64,000 bases of DNA from a virus, in the IMG/VR virus record IMGVR_UViG_3300024177_000003, positions 5,683-69,682 of that record. One strand, written 5' to 3'. Each line of letters opens with the position of its first letter. Within the stretch, counting starts at the first letter, position 1. Positions 48,077 to 59,595 of the stretch are shown one piece after another. A program made the translations under genes and the position numbers. The notes beneath the pieces are model-generated. The model was not told the DNA's origin. It searched no databases and saw nothing but the letters and a program-made list of their open reading frames with translations.

Positions 48077-48475
48077 CTATGGTGCTACCACCATGAACAG
48101 GACCGTATCGGGTTGAACGTTGCCGAATGTGTCACTGACCGTCAACGTTATCGTGACCTGTTCGTTCACCGCACCCCCCGTTACGGTGAACGTCGCCTCC
48201 TTACCAAGGATTTGTGTCTGCCCGACCGTCAATGTCTCCGACGACGATACCGCGTTGAACTGCGCGATCGAAGCCGCATTATCGAGCCAGACGGAATAGT
48301 CCACCGTCCAGATCTTGGTCGCGCCAACGGTGTGCTTCTTTGATCCCAGCACCATGTCATCACCTATGACGATCAGGGCCGGATCGGCCGGCCGATAAAG
48401 TTCACGGCTTTCACCCGGCCGTTCGATCAGCCGATATTCCGGCGGCACGATGAATGTTTCGTCCGGTTCGCTCAC
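48077..48475 (-). CDS. Small beta-rich fibre adaptor-like protein
   Basis: WTVDYSVWL...TGG...TITLTV. Start uncertain (GTG 48475 or ATG 48355). Confidence 0.55.
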   Translation of the reverse strand: MSEPDETFIVPPEYRLIERPGESRELYRPADPALIVIGDDMVLGSKKHTVGATKIWTVDYSVWLDNAASIAQFNAVSSSETLTVGQTQILGKEATFTVTGGAVNEQVTITLTVSDTFGNVQPDTVLFMVVAP

Positions 48476-49926
48476 AGCAACGCCCCGTAAAACAACGTGA
48501 TGGAATTGACGGCGCCGACCACAGACGAGCCGCTGAACGCGGTTCCACTCGCGTAGCATTCGTAGAAATCCGTGCCGTTGGCGTAGTCGATGACCGTGAC
48601 ATCCGGCGATAAATTGACCGACAATGACTGACCCTGCACGCTGTTCTGAGCAAGAGGACTGCCGTTTTTATAGATGTACACGCTGTGCTGCGTCATACTC
48701 TGCGCGTTCGACGTAAACATCGCCGCCGCGCCCAGCATCACCACGCCCGCCGATGGCGTCCACCGGCAATTGGTCGCGTCATAGCGCGTGTTGATGTCAA
48801 GCAGCTTGGATGTGAACAAGAGCTTGGTCACGCCGCTTAAACTTTGATCGGACGACAGCCTGGCCCTGAACGCATCCTTGGTTGTCGTGCCGGATCCGGG
48901 CGGGCCGGTCGGTCCTGTGTTCCCGTTTTGTCCCGCAGGACCCGTCCCGCCAAAATTTCCAATCGGGCCGGTCGGTCCGGTCGATCCCGTCAGACCCTGC
49001 GGTCCCGTCGCGCCCTGAATTCCCGTCGGGCCGGTGCGCCCAGTCGGCCCGCTCACGCCCTGCAGGCCTGCGACCCCCTGCGGCCCGGCCTGCCCCGTCG
49101 GCCCCGTTACGGCAGGGCCGGTCGGTCCAGTCGGGCCGTCATCACCGTTGTACCCATCGACGCCGCGCGGGCCGGTCGGTCCAACCCCGGAAGGACCGGC
49201 AGCCCCCGTGGCACCCGTCGGTCCTGCGGCTGGACCCGTCGGCCCGGTGGCACCGGTCAACGACGCCGTGCCTGCCGGCCCGGTCGGGCCCTGGCCGGAT
49301 GGCCCAGTCGGTCCCGTCGCGCCAACCCCGGTTGGCCCGATGCCGCCGGCGGGCCCGGCGGCGCCGCCGGGTCCAACCGTTCCCTGCGGTCCCGGCGGTC
49401 CGGTGTATCCCGTGACGCCGGACGGACCCGTGACCCCGACACCGACTGGCCCGGTGTTACCCTGTTGCCCTGTCGGCCCCAGGCTACCTGTCGATCCGGT
49501 ATACCCTTGCGGACCGGTGGGTCCTAGTGTGCCAGTAGGCCCAGCCGGTCCGCTCGCCCCGGTCACACCAGGGATTCCGATACTGCCTTGCGCCCCTGTC
49601 GGGCCGATGCCAAAAGGCCCCGTCGGCCCGGTCGCTCCGGTCGCTGACGCGAGCCCCGGCACACCCGTCGGGCCAGCCTGCCCTGGGGGGCCTGACGGTC
49701 CCGTGGCTCCTGTCGATGACGCGCTGCCGGCCGGCCCTGTCGGCCCGATCGGTCCCACCGCCCCGATGTCACCAGTGACACCGGGTGCGCCCGGTGACCC
49801 GGTCGGGCCGCCGGCGGGACCCGTCGGCCCCGTCGAGCCGTACCCGGCCGAACCCGTCGGTCCCGCCACCACCACGATGGGGCGGGTCATGATCGGAGCT
49901 GCAGGTGCGCCGGCGCCGGTGGTCAT
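48472..49926 (-). CDS. Collagen-like fibre with a C1q-like C-terminal domain
   Basis: Long G-P-T/G-A-T triplet run followed by AFRA...L.F...D....YD...G, which is C1q-like. Confidence 0.8.
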   Translation of the reverse strand: MTTGAGAPAAPIMTRPIVVVAGPTGSAGYGSTGPTGPAGGPTGSPGAPGVTGDIGAVGPIGPTGPAGSASSTGATGPSGPPGQAGPTGVPGLASATGATGPTGPFGIGPTGAQGSIGIPGVTGASGPAGPTGTLGPTGPQGYTGSTGSLGPTGQQGNTGPVGVGVTGPSGVTGYTGPPGPQGTVGPGGAAGPAGGIGPTGVGATGPTGPSGQGPTGPAGTASLTGATGPTGPAAGPTGATGAAGPSGVGPTGPRGVDGYNGDDGPTGPTGPAVTGPTGQAGPQGVAGLQGVSGPTGRTGPTGIQGATGPQGLTGSTGPTGPIGNFGGTGPAGQNGNTGPTGPPGSGTTTKDAFRARLSSDQSLSGVTKLLFTSKLLDINTRYDATNCRWTPSAGVVMLGAAAMFTSNAQSMTQHSVYIYKNGSPLAQNSVQGQSLSVNLSPDVTVIDYANGTDFYECYASGTAFSGSSVVGAVNSITLFYGALL

Positions 49927-49936
49927 TTGCGCTCTC

Positions 49937-50740
49937 TCACCCATTCCACGTAAATGTGCCAGCAGCCGTGAAGGTGTGGATCGTGTAGCCGCCGACATTG
50001 GTGATGGTGCCGCCGCTGGCGCGCTGCGTGTCCCCAGGGTAGCGCACGATCACAATACCGGACCCGCCGGCACCACCAGTGTTATTGTATGCCCCGTAAC
50101 CTCCGTCGCCCGAATTGGCCGCGCGTGCCGCCGGAATAGCGCCCTGTGCGCTTCCTGTTCGACTGGCGCTGCCGCCCGTCGCGTAGGTCTTGGACGTGCC
50201 GCTGATCGAACTCGTGTAGCCGGGACCACCGGTAAGCCCTGGATTGCCGTTGATCCCCGGCCCACCGCCACCGCCGCCACCACCGCCATCGACCGAACCA
50301 CCGGCAGACCCGTTGTAACCTTGTCCCGCGATCCCTGTGCCGGCGCCACCAACCGCCGCGCCGCTTGTTCCGCCACCACCGCCGCCGGAGCCACCACCGG
50401 CACCAGCACCGGCGGCAACGATTGACGATCCGCCGAAACCGCCGCCACCGCCGCCCGTCGCCGTTGCTATGGCGCCGAGACTGCTGTTACCGCCGACGGT
50501 GCCGCTCCCGGTGGAACCAGCCCCACCCGCCCCGCCACCGCCGATCGTGACCGTGTAAGCTGTGCCCGCTGTCGGCGCCTGGAAAGACCCCGGCTGGACA
50601 CCGCCCGCGCCGCCACCGCCACCAAGGCCCTGACTCACCCCGTGTCCGCCACCCGCCCCACCAGCCACGACCAGATACTCGATCATGGTTGGTGGTGGCG
50701 TCGAGACGCCGGCCGGAACCGGCCCTAGCGGAAAGCTCAT
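49937..50740 (-). CDS. Glycine-rich domain tail protein
   Basis: [31 protein letters not shown] and YTIHTFT motifs. Confidence 0.8.
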   Translation of the reverse strand: MSFPLGPVPAGVSTPPPTMIEYLVVAGGAGGGHGVSQGLGGGGGAGGVQPGSFQAPTAGTAYTVTIGGGGAGGAGSTGSGTVGGNSSLGAIATATGGGGGGFGGSSIVAAGAGAGGGSGGGGGGTSGAAVGGAGTGIAGQGYNGSAGGSVDGGGGGGGGGPGINGNPGLTGGPGYTSSISGTSKTYATGGSASRTGSAQGAIPAARAANSGDGGYGAYNNTGGAGGSGIVIVRYPGDTQRASGGTITNVGGYTIHTFTAAGTFTWNG

Positions 50741-52179
50741 TGGTTGACCCCGTTGGCGTAGCCCACGCAGTCATAAGTCGCGGTGCCGCTGTCAAAACGG
50801 AACACCAGGTGGTCGCGCATGGTGCCTGAAGCCCAGGTGCTCTGCTTGTAGTTGGTCAAGCCCTTGAACTTGTTCCCCCACGAGAGCGTGCCTGCCGCCG
50901 TCATCGAGACGGTGATCGAGATCATGGTTCCGGTCGGCGGATCAGCCGATGGATTCGCGATCGTGAACGCCGCGGCAACGGCACAAGTGAATGCTGGCGC
51001 CGATGTAAAATCCGCTGCAACACCGCTCGTAATCGCCGCCGGCACCGCCGTCTGCGGCTTGGTCCAGTTGTGCGCCGTGGTGTAAATCGTCGGATCCAAC
51101 GGACCTGTCGGTCCGGTCGCGCCGACGGCGCCGCCTGCACCCTGTGAACCAGTCGGCCCGGTCGCGCCGACACCTGTCGGCCCGGTCGCACCGACACCGC
51201 CAGCCGTGCCCTGTGCACCGGTCGGCCCCGTCGATCCCGTCGCGCCGGTACCACCCGCTGAACCCTGTGCACCGGTTGGACCGGTCGGACCGGTCGCACC
51301 GACACCGCCGGGGGTGCCTGGGCTGCCTGCCGTCCCCTGCGCGCCGGTCGCTCCCGTCGGACCCGTCGCGCCGGTCGCACCAACGCTACCTGCTGTGCCC
51401 TGTGCACCCGTCGGTCCGGTCGGACCCGTCGCACCCGTCGCGCCGGTCGCACCAACGCTACCCGCTGTGCCCTGTGCACCCGTCGATCCGGTCGGCCCGG
51501 TCGCGCCGCCGCCTGGACCGATCGGCCCAGTGGTGCCTGTCGGACCCGTAGATCCAGCGCCGGTCAGACCTTGTGGCCCGGTCGGGCCGGTGAACGCGCC
51601 CGCTCCCGTCGCCCCCGTCGGGCCGGTCGATCCAGCACCGGCCGGACCCGTCACGCCAACGGCGCCGACCCCTCCCGTTACCCCCTGCGGTCCGGTAACA
51701 CCGGTCGGGCCCGTCACACCAACGGCGCCGACCCCTCCCGTTACCCCCTGCGGACCCGCCGGCCCGGTGACCCCTGCCGTACCCTGGCTCCCGGTCGCGC
51801 CCGTCGGCCCTGTGGCGCCAACACCTGGCCCGGTCGGCCCTGTGGATCCGGTGAGCGAAGCCGTACCGGCCGGCCCAGTCACCCCCGTGGGCCCGAAATC
51901 CCCCGTCACCCCCGTCGGCCCCGTCGGCCCCGTCGACCCCGGGAGCCCATAACCCGGCGGCCCGGTCATGCCGATCGGGCCGGTGGCACCCGTCGCGGAT
52001 ACGGCGCCGGCCAAGCCTGTCGGTCCGCGGATGCCGGTCGGCCCGGTCACCCCATCCGGCCCCGTCATCCCCACCTGCCCCGTCGGCCCAGTCGTCCCCG
52101 TCGGGCCGCCGCCAGGCCCTGTTGGACCTCCGACGACGACAACCGGCTGCGCGGCGATGAGGGCGGGAATCGAGGTCAT
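50737..52179 (-). CDS. Collagen-like fibre
   Basis: GPT/GAT repeats followed by a beta-sandwich C-terminus (WTKPQ...LSWGNKFK). Confidence 0.8.
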   Translation of the reverse strand: MTSIPALIAAQPVVVVGGPTGPGGGPTGTTGPTGQVGMTGPDGVTGPTGIRGPTGLAGAVSATGATGPIGMTGPPGYGLPGSTGPTGPTGVTGDFGPTGVTGPAGTASLTGSTGPTGPGVGATGPTGATGSQGTAGVTGPAGPQGVTGGVGAVGVTGPTGVTGPQGVTGGVGAVGVTGPAGAGSTGPTGATGAGAFTGPTGPQGLTGAGSTGPTGTTGPIGPGGGATGPTGSTGAQGTAGSVGATGATGATGPTGPTGAQGTAGSVGATGATGPTGATGAQGTAGSPGTPGGVGATGPTGPTGAQGSAGGTGATGSTGPTGAQGTAGGVGATGPTGVGATGPTGSQGAGGAVGATGPTGPLDPTIYTTAHNWTKPQTAVPAAITSGVAADFTSAPAFTCAVAAAFTIANPSADPPTGTMISITVSMTAAGTLSWGNKFKGLTNYKQSTWASGTMRDHLVFRFDSGTATYDCVGYANGVNQ

Positions 52180-52330
52180 GGGAACGGATGGACGATCCAG
52201 ATGAGCCCGGACAGGAAGGCGATGACGCCGACATTGGAGACGACCTGGGTCTTCTTCGCGGTGCCGTCGACAACGATCACCGAACCAAGCCCGGCGCGTG
52301 AACTGCTGATGACCTGTGTCTTGATTGCCA

Positions 52331-53869
52331 TCAGACGATACTCAATTGCGGGTTGACCCAGACCGTCGTCGACGCTTTGCCGAGACGAATCAATCCACGG
52401 ACCCGGCCAGCCCGCTGCGGCGTGAACGCGACTTGAAGCAGCTGTTTCTGCGGCGTTGCCGGAGGATTGTTCCAGGTGTTGCTGGACGCCGGCAGCGCGC
52501 TCGCCGCTGCCAAGATCGATGACAAACTGTCCACGAAATTGGCCATCGGATTGCCGCTTGATCCCATATATTCCAGCGACAACCGGATATCAGTATTGTT
52601 CAGTGATCCGGAAGAAATAAGCTCCACCGTTGCCGTCTTGGATGCGCCGACAGCCGTGTTCTCGACATCGAGCGTGAAGCAAGGCAGCGGCATGCTAGCA
52701 AAATCGGATCGTACGGACGATACCAATTTCAGACTATAATTGCCGATATCATCCACCGCGCCATTGGCAAGTGTCGCGCTGCGATCCGTCGTGACCGCAC
52801 CGGCCGGTGTATAGCGCTCGTTGAGGACATTGCTGCCGTCCCAACAATTGACAAGTTCGACCTCATCTGCAGCGCACGTAGCCGCCGCCGGTGTACCATA
52901 GCGGGTAACAGCCGCAGCGATCTTGCAGCTATCAAACAAAACTTTACTCACAGGACTTACCGCTGGATTCGCCGCAACAAGCGTTCCTGTAACAGCACTT
53001 AGATCGACACCTCGACACGTAATCGTGTTAACTCCCGTATTGAGGGTAAACAATGTTGTCGGCGGCGTGCTTCCACCGACCGCCGACGGTGTGTTCACCC
53101 ATGTAAGATCGAATAGCGTAGATGCGCATCCAATAAAAGATGCGCTTGTACTGTTAAATTGCACTGTCGTGTTATCAAATGTCACTTTTGCAGAGCTTGT
53201 GGTCATCAGACGTGAGGTCGTTGTACCGTTTAAGTTAAACGTGCAGTTCTTGAAATACGCACTCTTCGATCCGATGTTGGCCAGATAAATATTTGTAGTT
53301 GTTGGAGAACCCGACACCGTAAAACTGAAACCTTCCCAATAGGTGTTCACGATAGTATCAAGCACCAGCGAATTTGTTCCTGTCAGCGTCAATGTAATCG
53401 TCGCGCCGGCTTGGCTGTCCGCCGCAACCGGTGGAACAGACCCAGCGCGATTAACAGATAAGACTTGAACCAAACCGAAACCGCTATTGCCAAACCCGTA
53501 GTTTAAATTCGCAGAAAAACTATCGACGCTATCACTGCTGACAAAAACACGATCGCCAGCAACCGCGCGTGTCCCCGTATTTGCCGTAAAAACATAAAGA
53601 GTCCCTGCCGCTGCACTCCATCCGTAAGCAGACTGCCCCGTGACATTGGTAAACGTCGCACTGCCTGATAACGTTGTTGAATTATTACCGGTATTCCAAC
53701 CAGGCTCCGTCGTCCCGGATGTCCCCGCCGTCGTACACCGAAACGCGTATTCCCGCCCTGCAGCTGGAGCCGCCAACGGCCGGATGATCTGCCCGACCGA
53801 ATACGCTGTCGATGCCGCCCACTGCGGGATCGCTGCCCACGCTACGGATGATGCATACCAGTCGCTCAT
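52331..53869 (-). CDS. Tail spike / beta-helix protein
   Basis: [10 protein letters not shown]...[12 protein letters not shown] module followed by a Thr/Ser/Asn-rich beta-helix-like body; lower GC. Confidence 0.65.
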   Translation of the reverse strand: MSDWYASSVAWAAIPQWAASTAYSVGQIIRPLAAPAAGREYAFRCTTAGTSGTTEPGWNTGNNSTTLSGSATFTNVTGQSAYGWSAAAGTLYVFTANTGTRAVAGDRVFVSSDSVDSFSANLNYGFGNSGFGLVQVLSVNRAGSVPPVAADSQAGATITLTLTGTNSLVLDTIVNTYWEGFSFTVSGSPTTTNIYLANIGSKSAYFKNCTFNLNGTTTSRLMTTSSAKVTFDNTTVQFNSTSASFIGCASTLFDLTWVNTPSAVGGSTPPTTLFTLNTGVNTITCRGVDLSAVTGTLVAANPAVSPVSKVLFDSCKIAAAVTRYGTPAAATCAADEVELVNCWDGSNVLNERYTPAGAVTTDRSATLANGAVDDIGNYSLKLVSSVRSDFASMPLPCFTLDVENTAVGASKTATVELISSGSLNNTDIRLSLEYMGSSGNPMANFVDSLSSILAAASALPASSNTWNNPPATPQKQLLQVAFTPQRAGRVRGLIRLGKASTTVWVNPQLSIV

Positions 53870-55044
53870 TGTAGCGCTTTCACGACATAGCTATACGTAC
53901 CGTTAACACCCCACATCGACACCGTAAACTTATGTCCACTGATCGTATCCAACGCATCTCCCGTGTTCGCACTCACTGTAAATCCTGAGAAAGTCACAGC
54001 TCCGGCGCTGCCCTGGTTCACGAGCATCAGGATGCATGAGCCATCATGAGTCGGCGCCGTGATCGTAAACGCACCGTTATTGTTCACCCACTGCATCGGA
54101 TTCAAACTGAAATCGACCGTGATGTTGCCCGTCGCGTACTGGTACGCCGTCGCATAGACCCCGCCGGATAAATTCTGCCCCGTCGCCCCGAGCAGCATCG
54201 CGCCGGGCTGGTACGGCCCGGTCGGGCCGGTGCCGAGCGGCCCGGTCGCCCCGGCCGCCCCGGCCGCACCGGTCGGCCCCGTCGCCCCCGTGGTCGAGGC
54301 GAATCCGGGCGGCCCCGTTACACCGGTCGGCCCGGCAGGTCCCGTGGCGCCAGTATTGGTGGCGTCACCAGCCGGACCTGTCGGGCCGCCGAGCGGTCCG
54401 GTCGGCCCGGGAGGTCCAACCGGACCGAACCCCGTTGGTCCGGTCTCGCCAAACGGTCCCGTCGGACCAGTGTTACCTGTCGGCCCCGAATTTCCCGTCG
54501 GCCCAAGATTACCAGTCGGCCCTGTCGTACCGGTGACGCCGGTCGGACCGGTGTTCCCCGTCGGCCCGAACGGCCCAGCAGGACCCGTCGGACCGGTACC
54601 GGGCGGACCCGTGGACCCCGTCGGCCCGGTCGCACCCGTGTTGGTCGCCGACCCCGGCGTGCCCTGCGGACCGGTCTGCCCGACACGGCCGGTCGGCCCG
54701 GTGGCGCCAGTATTGGTCGCCGCTGCGGCCGGACCCGTCATCCCGGTCGGCCCCGACGGACCTGTCGGACCAGGTACGCCGGGGCTTCCCTCACCGGTCG
54801 GCCCGGGAAAACCCGGAGGACCGGTCATCCCGGTTGGACCGGTGACCCCCGGCTCACCGGCGCCGGTCGGGCCGGTGTTGCCGGTCGGACCAGTCGATCC
54901 GGTGGCCCCTGTCGCGGATATCGGCCCTGTCGGGCCGGTATCTCCGGTCGGACCACCGTAGGCACCTGTCGGTCCGGTCTGACCGTGAACGACAATGACT
55001 GGCCGGGTCTGGATGATGGGAGGATCGTTCGACGGGTATGACAC
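53866..55044 (-). CDS. Collagen-like fibre
   Basis: GPT repeats followed by a beta-sandwich C-terminus. Confidence 0.8.
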   Translation of the reverse strand: MSYPSNDPPIIQTRPVIVVHGQTGPTGAYGGPTGDTGPTGPISATGATGSTGPTGNTGPTGAGEPGVTGPTGMTGPPGFPGPTGEGSPGVPGPTGPSGPTGMTGPAAAATNTGATGPTGRVGQTGPQGTPGSATNTGATGPTGSTGPPGTGPTGPAGPFGPTGNTGPTGVTGTTGPTGNLGPTGNSGPTGNTGPTGPFGETGPTGFGPVGPPGPTGPLGGPTGPAGDATNTGATGPAGPTGVTGPPGFASTTGATGPTGAAGAAGATGPLGTGPTGPYQPGAMLLGATGQNLSGGVYATAYQYATGNITVDFSLNPMQWVNNNGAFTITAPTHDGSCILMLVNQGSAGAVTFSGFTVSANTGDALDTISGHKFTVSMWGVNGTYSYVVKALQ

Positions 55045-55440
55045 TTACACCCCCGTCACGCCTTGAACGACCGTCAGACAGCCATGCATCAACGCCGTCT
55101 TAATCCCCATCGCGTCGGTCATGATCAAGTCATAAACATAAGCACCTGGCAGTAGCGCGTTCTGAATAGCCAAGGGGGCGACGCTGAAATGAAGCACCCG
55201 TTGATTGGGGTCATCAATGACAATGGTGCCAGCCGCTGACGACACCGACAGCTTCGGCGTAGCATCGTAATAGGTCAGCTGAACATCAGCAGCGAAAGTA
55301 CACCCGTTAAAACTCCATGTCGTGTCAGTGGGAGTGCCGAACTGGAAGGCGTTCGACCACGTCGCATTGTTGTCGATCGCCATATCCTCATGGGCCGACG
55401 TCTCGCTATGCGGGTATGTGCAGCCACAATAAACGGACAT
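55045..55440 (-). CDS. Fibre-attachment / structural protein
   Basis: G.YVYDL...G......G...V..GVT pattern of phage adaptor proteins. Confidence 0.6.
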   Translation of the reverse strand: MSVYCGCTYPHSETSAHEDMAIDNNATWSNAFQFGTPTDTTWSFNGCTFAADVQLTYYDATPKLSVSSAAGTIVIDDPNQRVLHFSVAPLAIQNALLPGAYVYDLIMTDAMGIKTALMHGCLTVVQGVTGV

Positions 55441-55443
55441 CGT

Positions 55444-56091
55444 TTACCTCGCCGGCGGGTAAACACTGAAATTCGATACGCCACCACGCTGCCCATCAAC
55501 GCGAAACTGCTGCGGATACGCCCACGTCTGCGCGCCGAACGTGTTGGCCTTCATCCCGGCAACACGGGCACCGGCGATGCCGTCCCTGAACTTTTGCAGG
55601 TGAAACATGGCCTGCTGCGGGTTGGAGAATGCCTCACCCGGAATGGTCATGACATTGCCGACCAAGCCATGCTGGATCGTCAAATGATGCGCCGGCAGCA
55701 CCCAGTCGGGGATATGTGGCGGGAAACATTCCAGCGGGTCGGTCACCGTCTTGATCACGGTCACCGTCATCGTCTGCGTGTTGCTGTAGCCGAACTGAAA
55801 CCGGACCGTGCCGATCGTCGGCATGATCGCGTTCTGCGGCGTCAAGTTCTGGTCGACGACGCCTGCCAACCGCAGGATCCGCCCGGTCCGTACCGGGATC
55901 GGGTAATCGTATGTGTTGGGGACAACGACGATGTCGATGTTCTCTTTCCAGCAATTCGAATCGCCGAAGAACTCGGCCAACGTATCGAACAGCACGACCT
56001 TGATCTGATCTGCCGACGCACCGGTCAGCATGACCTGAGCGTTGCCGAACACTTTGGCCCAGTACAGGTCGACCCCATCCGGTTTGCTCAT
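55444..56091 (-). CDS. Head-tail adaptor
   Basis: Position after the capsid genes; EFF..S.CW.E and L.....G..FSNP motifs. Confidence 0.6.
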   Translation of the reverse strand: MSKPDGVDLYWAKVFGNAQVMLTGASADQIKVVLFDTLAEFFGDSNCWKENIDIVVVPNTYDYPIPVRTGRILRLAGVVDQNLTPQNAIMPTIGTVRFQFGYSNTQTMTVTVIKTVTDPLECFPPHIPDWVLPAHHLTIQHGLVGNVMTIPGEAFSNPQQAMFHLQKFRDGIAGARVAGMKANTFGAQTWAYPQQFRVDGQRGGVSNFSVYPPAR

Positions 56092-56534
56092 GTCGGATGC
56101 CCTCGCGGCGGCGACCCGCCTGTCATCTGATCGATCGCTTTACCCGTCAATCCGGTCGCAAACCAGCGCATAAAGGATGCCACCCTGGCGTCCTGATAGT
56201 CTTCCTGGTCGCGCGCCATCGCTTGTCCGCACAAACCATAAACCAGCGCCTGGCGGAACTGCGGCTCCATCCGCAGCGGCGTGTCATCCACCGCCTGGAA
56301 CGACGGCACTTGGCCCCGCACCGCCAGATTCCAGACGAACAGGTCCGGGCGCAGCCGGCGGGCTTCGAGCAGCGTCATGTTGAACGCCGTCAACATCGAG
56401 GCGTCATCGTACCGGTACGGCGCAATCGTATCCTGCAGCTCGGTCCGGGCCGCAGTGACATAGTCGGAGATCGTCGACAGCGTCGGCTGGTCGGCGTCTC
56501 CGAAATTGCCGTAGTAGATCTGGCTTGTCGCCAT
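56088..56534 (-). CDS. Head completion / adaptor protein
   Basis: AR..LQD...YRY.D..., RLRPDLF and F..ALV.. motifs; start MATSQ at 56534. Confidence 0.65.
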   Translation of the reverse strand: MATSQIYYGNFGDADQPTLSTISDYVTAARTELQDTIAPYRYDDASMLTAFNMTLLEARRLRPDLFVWNLAVRGQVPSFQAVDDTPLRMEPQFRQALVYGLCGQAMARDQEDYQDARVASFMRWFATGLTGKAIDQMTGGSPPRGHPT

Positions 56535-56782
56535 TACGGCCCCGTCACACCCGTCGGTCCGGTCGCCGCGGCGATGAACTGCCCGACCGGCCCGCCGGGC
56601 GCGTACTGGCTGTAAGTCGTGCCCTGCGCCGTCGGGCCGCCGGCAGCCGCCAGCTGATTCCACGCCCCGCCGGTCGCATACTGGTTGAACGCCGCCGCGC
56701 CGCCGGACATGCCGACGGCGTAGGCGAGCTGGTTCGCCACCCCACCAGGCTTACGCTGGTCGGGGGTTACGTTGATAGCCAT
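56534..56782 (-). CDS. Small virion-associated protein
   Basis: RBS GGAGG; directly after the capsid gene; internal QYA.GG repeat. Confidence 0.6.
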   Translation of the reverse strand: MAINVTPDQRKPGGVANQLAYAVGMSGGAAAFNQYATGGAWNQLAAAGGPTAQGTTYSQYAPGGPVGQFIAAATGPTGVTGP

Positions 56783-56792
56783 GATCGCCTCC

Positions 56793-57695
56793 TTACCCGC
56801 CGGAGATGACCTGCGCCTGACAGATCGCCGTACCGTCGACCACCTGATAGCCGTAGACCTGCAGTCCGCGGAGGATCTGACCGAACGTCAACTCGGAACG
56901 CAGCGTCTCGACCTTGCTGATCTGCGAGGCGAATGTAAGCCCATGGGCATGCCCGGCGAAGATCGGCTGCTCACCGGCGGCAAAGTTGACCGAATCGGTC
57001 GTGCTGTTGGGCATCAGGTTGCTGACGTACAACGTGAACCGATCGATCATCCCGAGGCGGCCATTGCGCAGAATCGAGACGGAGTCGCCCGACAGATAGG
57101 CCTGACGGAGTTCCGACTGCTTGATCTGACGACCCGCCCATGCCGGCATGATGACCCAGCGGCCTTGCTCCGGAATGTTCTGTTCGTCGAGCGCCTGCCC
57201 CATCTTCAACAGCAGGTCGATCAGGTTGGTCTGCCCCGAGGTCGCGCCCTGGCCGACGGTGACAATCGGCGTGCCCTTGATGCCGAGATTCAAATTCCCC
57301 GACAGGACACCCGCGGTCGCGCCGCGATTGAAGGAGTTGCACTGGTTGACGATGCCGTCAAGGACATCGCGGTCGACCACGATCTTCAGCTGTTGCGCGG
57401 CATCGTCCGACCACATGGAAAGATTGTTCAGATCGCTCTGAACCTCCATGACGTCGTCGAGCACCAAGCTGAAATATTTACCGATGCCGATGTACAGCTC
57501 GATAGAGCCGCCCGTCGGACGATCGAGACCCAGCAGGCCGTCAGCCAGGTAGTTGCGGATCGTGATCGTGGGCTTCGTTCGGATCTTCACCCGATCGCCC
57601 ATATTCTTGATCTCGCCTTCGTAGTCCGTGTTGGAAATCGCGGCCAGGACCGTGCTCGCGTAGAATTTCTCGACGAGCTTCGCCGACCAGATTTC
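56793..57695 (-). CDS. Major capsid protein, exon 2
   Basis: Frame is open from 57695: EIWSAKLVEKFY...NTDYEGEIKNMGDRVKIRT...LDEQNIP..GR...GLQVYG. Confidence 0.9.
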   Translation of the reverse strand, partial: EIWSAKLVEKFYASTVLAAISNTDYEGEIKNMGDRVKIRTKPTITIRNYLADGLLGLDRPTGGSIELYIGIGKYFSLVLDDVMEVQSDLNNLSMWSDDAAQQLKIVVDRDVLDGIVNQCNSFNRGATAGVLSGNLNLGIKGTPIVTVGQGATSGQTNLIDLLLKMGQALDEQNIPEQGRWVIMPAWAGRQIKQSELRQAYLSGDSVSILRNGRLGMIDRFTLYVSNLMPNSTTDSVNFAAGEQPIFAGHAHGLTFASQISKVETLRSELTFGQILRGLQVYGYQVVDGTAICQAQVISGG

Positions 57696-58382
57696 CCAAC
57701 TGTTACTACGCGGAGGTCACTCGCGTTCAACTCGGTCACCCGAGCGGAGCAGCCATTTCTACTGCTCTCCCCATGTCGCCATGGGGGTCGGACTGTCGCA
57801 TCAGCGAAGCGATACGCTCCGCCGCCCTCTCACTCAGTCTCTGCGGGTCCAGCTTCATAGCACGCAGCTCTTCTGCAAAAGCCGCGCGCGCCTGCTCCAT
57901 CCCCACATAGCCGGCAGTGGTGAAGCGGCCGGACGCATTGTCCAACCACCACAACACGAGCTTTGCCTGCTCTGCTTTCAAGATCAGGTGCGGAAGGATC
58001 ATACCGAGAATCCGACGGATTTCCGCGCCGCTCAGCCATTCGAGCGACCAGCTGTTTTGCTGGTTCCGCCCACTCGCTTTGCGACTGACGAAATGACCGC
58101 CAAACTTACCGTGAAGCATCTCCCCCAAGGAACGGCAGCCATCAGCCATGCACATCCGCACACGCGGACGAACATAAAGCCGATTCCTACCTTTCTTCGG
58201 ATACATACGCTGCACGTCGATACAACCTTCCCCGTCGAAGAGCCCGGCTAAGTATTCCGGTGTCATGTAGACCCCTCGTATGGAATGAACTTAGCGAGCT
58301 TTACTGGTTCCCTCGGGTTACGTCAAAGACGCGTTCCCGGTAATCAGAGAGGGTTTTACATCCCCAAAAATCAGAAAGGGCT
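57696..58382 (-). mobile_element. Group I intron (687 nt) in the major capsid gene
   Basis: 5' exon ends in U, and CATCCCT pairs with intron GGGGATG (U.G at the splice site). Intron ends in G. GATTTT can form P10 with exon 2 GAAATC. Core elements CAGAGACT and GATGCGACAGTCC are present. Splicing restores FIP|EIWS. Confidence 0.92.
57736..58266 (-). CDS. LAGLIDADG homing endonuclease (single motif), intron-encoded
   Basis: YLAGLFDGEGCI and ILPHLILKAEQA motifs. Confidence 0.92.
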   Translation of the reverse strand: MTPEYLAGLFDGEGCIDVQRMYPKKGRNRLYVRPRVRMCMADGCRSLGEMLHGKFGGHFVSRKASGRNQQNSWSLEWLSGAEIRRILGMILPHLILKAEQAKLVLWWLDNASGRFTTAGYVGMEQARAAFAEELRAMKLDPQRLSERAAERIASLMRQSDPHGDMGRAVEMAAPLG

Positions 58383-58490
58383 AGGGATGAAGCCGGTCGC
58401 TTGTAGGTTGTTGGGGGAGGAACCAACCGGCGTGATCGGCGGTGACGAGCCGCTTGTTGCGCCGGGGAATCCCGTGATCGGAATAGGCAT
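58383..58490 (-). CDS. Major capsid protein, exon 1 (36 codons)
   Basis: MPIPITGFPGATSGSSPPITPVGSSPNNLQATGFIP; the spliced product is about 336 aa. Confidence 0.85.
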
Positions 58491-58533
58491 CGCATTGCCC
58501 CATGGGGGCATGTGCGATTAAGCCGGCCCCCGC

Positions 58534-59595
58534 TTAGTTGACGCGGATGCGACCGTCATGCTGGGCTGCGAAAATATCGCGCTCGAGCGCTGTCCACTCG
58601 GCCTCACGGCCGATGTAAGCGCCACGGCGATGCTGTTCGTACAGCTGCGTGATCTGCGGTCGCGTGTAAACGGGTTTGGCCGGCGCCGCAGCGGTTTCAC
58701 CGCTCGAAGCCGTTCTGGCCCGTCCAGGGGACGCCAATGTCGCGATATCGACTGCCGCTGCCCTAGGAGGCTGGGGGGCCGGACTGGGCGAGGGCTGATG
58801 CGTTTGCCCTGCTCTGGCTTCCTCAGCACGGAAGCCATTAAAGAACGCGACGACTCTAGGGGCATTGCCGGCTGAAATCGCTTCGTTCAACAATTGTTGT
58901 CTCATACGTCCGGACAAAGTGTCAATACCGAGCAGCCAATTATGCCAGCGCGGATTGCGATCGATTTCCATAAAGTCCGGCACCGCCGCGGCGACCTGAC
59001 TGTCAAGGATAGCCCGTGAGTCACGGGCATGCCGTGCCCGCAGATCCTGATTCTCTTGCCGCAGCTGATCGAGAAACGGCGCGACCGCCTGCATCGCCGC
59101 CCTCTGGCTGACGTCAAGAAAGTCCGTGCCATAGTTTTGCGCGTCTTCCGGGGTGATAAACTGCTTCGGGGGTGGGGGCGGTGCCCGCCGCTGCTGCGGA
59201 GGCGGCGGCGGCGGGGCAGCCTGCCGCTGTTGCGCGACCTCGTTGAAATACTGCGCCTGCAGATCGCCGAGGTCCTTCTTGGCCTGGTTGAACCGGCCTT
59301 CGAAGGCGAGCGCACGATGCTTCCACGAATCAGCATCGTCAGGAGTGTCTGCCGGCTGCGAAGCGGCAGGCGCCTGGTCCACGCTGCGAACCGAGGGAGG
59401 CGGTTCTTCTGGCGCCTGCCGTTCGACCACCGGCGCCGACGGAGCGTCCGGTGGCACATCGGCCGTGGGAGGAACATCGACGGCCGGAGCTTGATACAAA
59501 GCCTCGATACTGCGGATCCGGGCCTTCACCGCCGGCGGGATCGTGTCCGAATCGAAAGCGGGAACGTCCGGGTTCTGACTCTCAACTATGTTCAC
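58534..59595 (-). CDS. Capsid scaffolding protein
   Basis: Directly upstream of the capsid gene; Pro/acidic N-terminus, coiled coil, C-terminal ERDIFAAQHDGRI. Confidence 0.75.
   Translation of the reverse strand: MNIVESQNPDVPAFDSDTIPPAVKARIRSIEALYQAPAVDVPPTADVPPDAPSAPVVERQAPEEPPPSVRSVDQAPAASQPADTPDDADSWKHRALAFEGRFNQAKKDLGDLQAQYFNEVAQQRQAAPPPPPPQQRRAPPPPPKQFITPEDAQNYGTDFLDVSQRAAMQAVAPFLDQLRQENQDLRARHARDSRAILDSQVAAAVPDFMEIDRNPRWHNWLLGIDTLSGRMRQQLLNEAISAGNAPRVVAFFNGFRAEEARAGQTHQPSPSPAPQPPRAAAVDIATLASPGRARTASSGETAAAPAKPVYTRPQITQLYEQHRRGAYIGREAEWTALERDIFAAQHDGRIRVN

Noticed and set aside
49034-54961. Long plus-strand Pro/Val/Gly ORFs (49034-50425, 51206-51952, 54230-54961)
   Set aside because: They are antisense shadows of the collagen-like genes.
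48472-55044. Diversity-generating retroelement acting on the fibre tips
   Set aside because: No reverse transcriptase and no TR/VR pair were seen in the window.
57937-57954. Possible self-target of unit 24949 in the homing endonuclease gene (15/18 match)
   Set aside because: A rough estimate gives a few 15/18 matches by chance across 60 guides and both strands of 64 kb.
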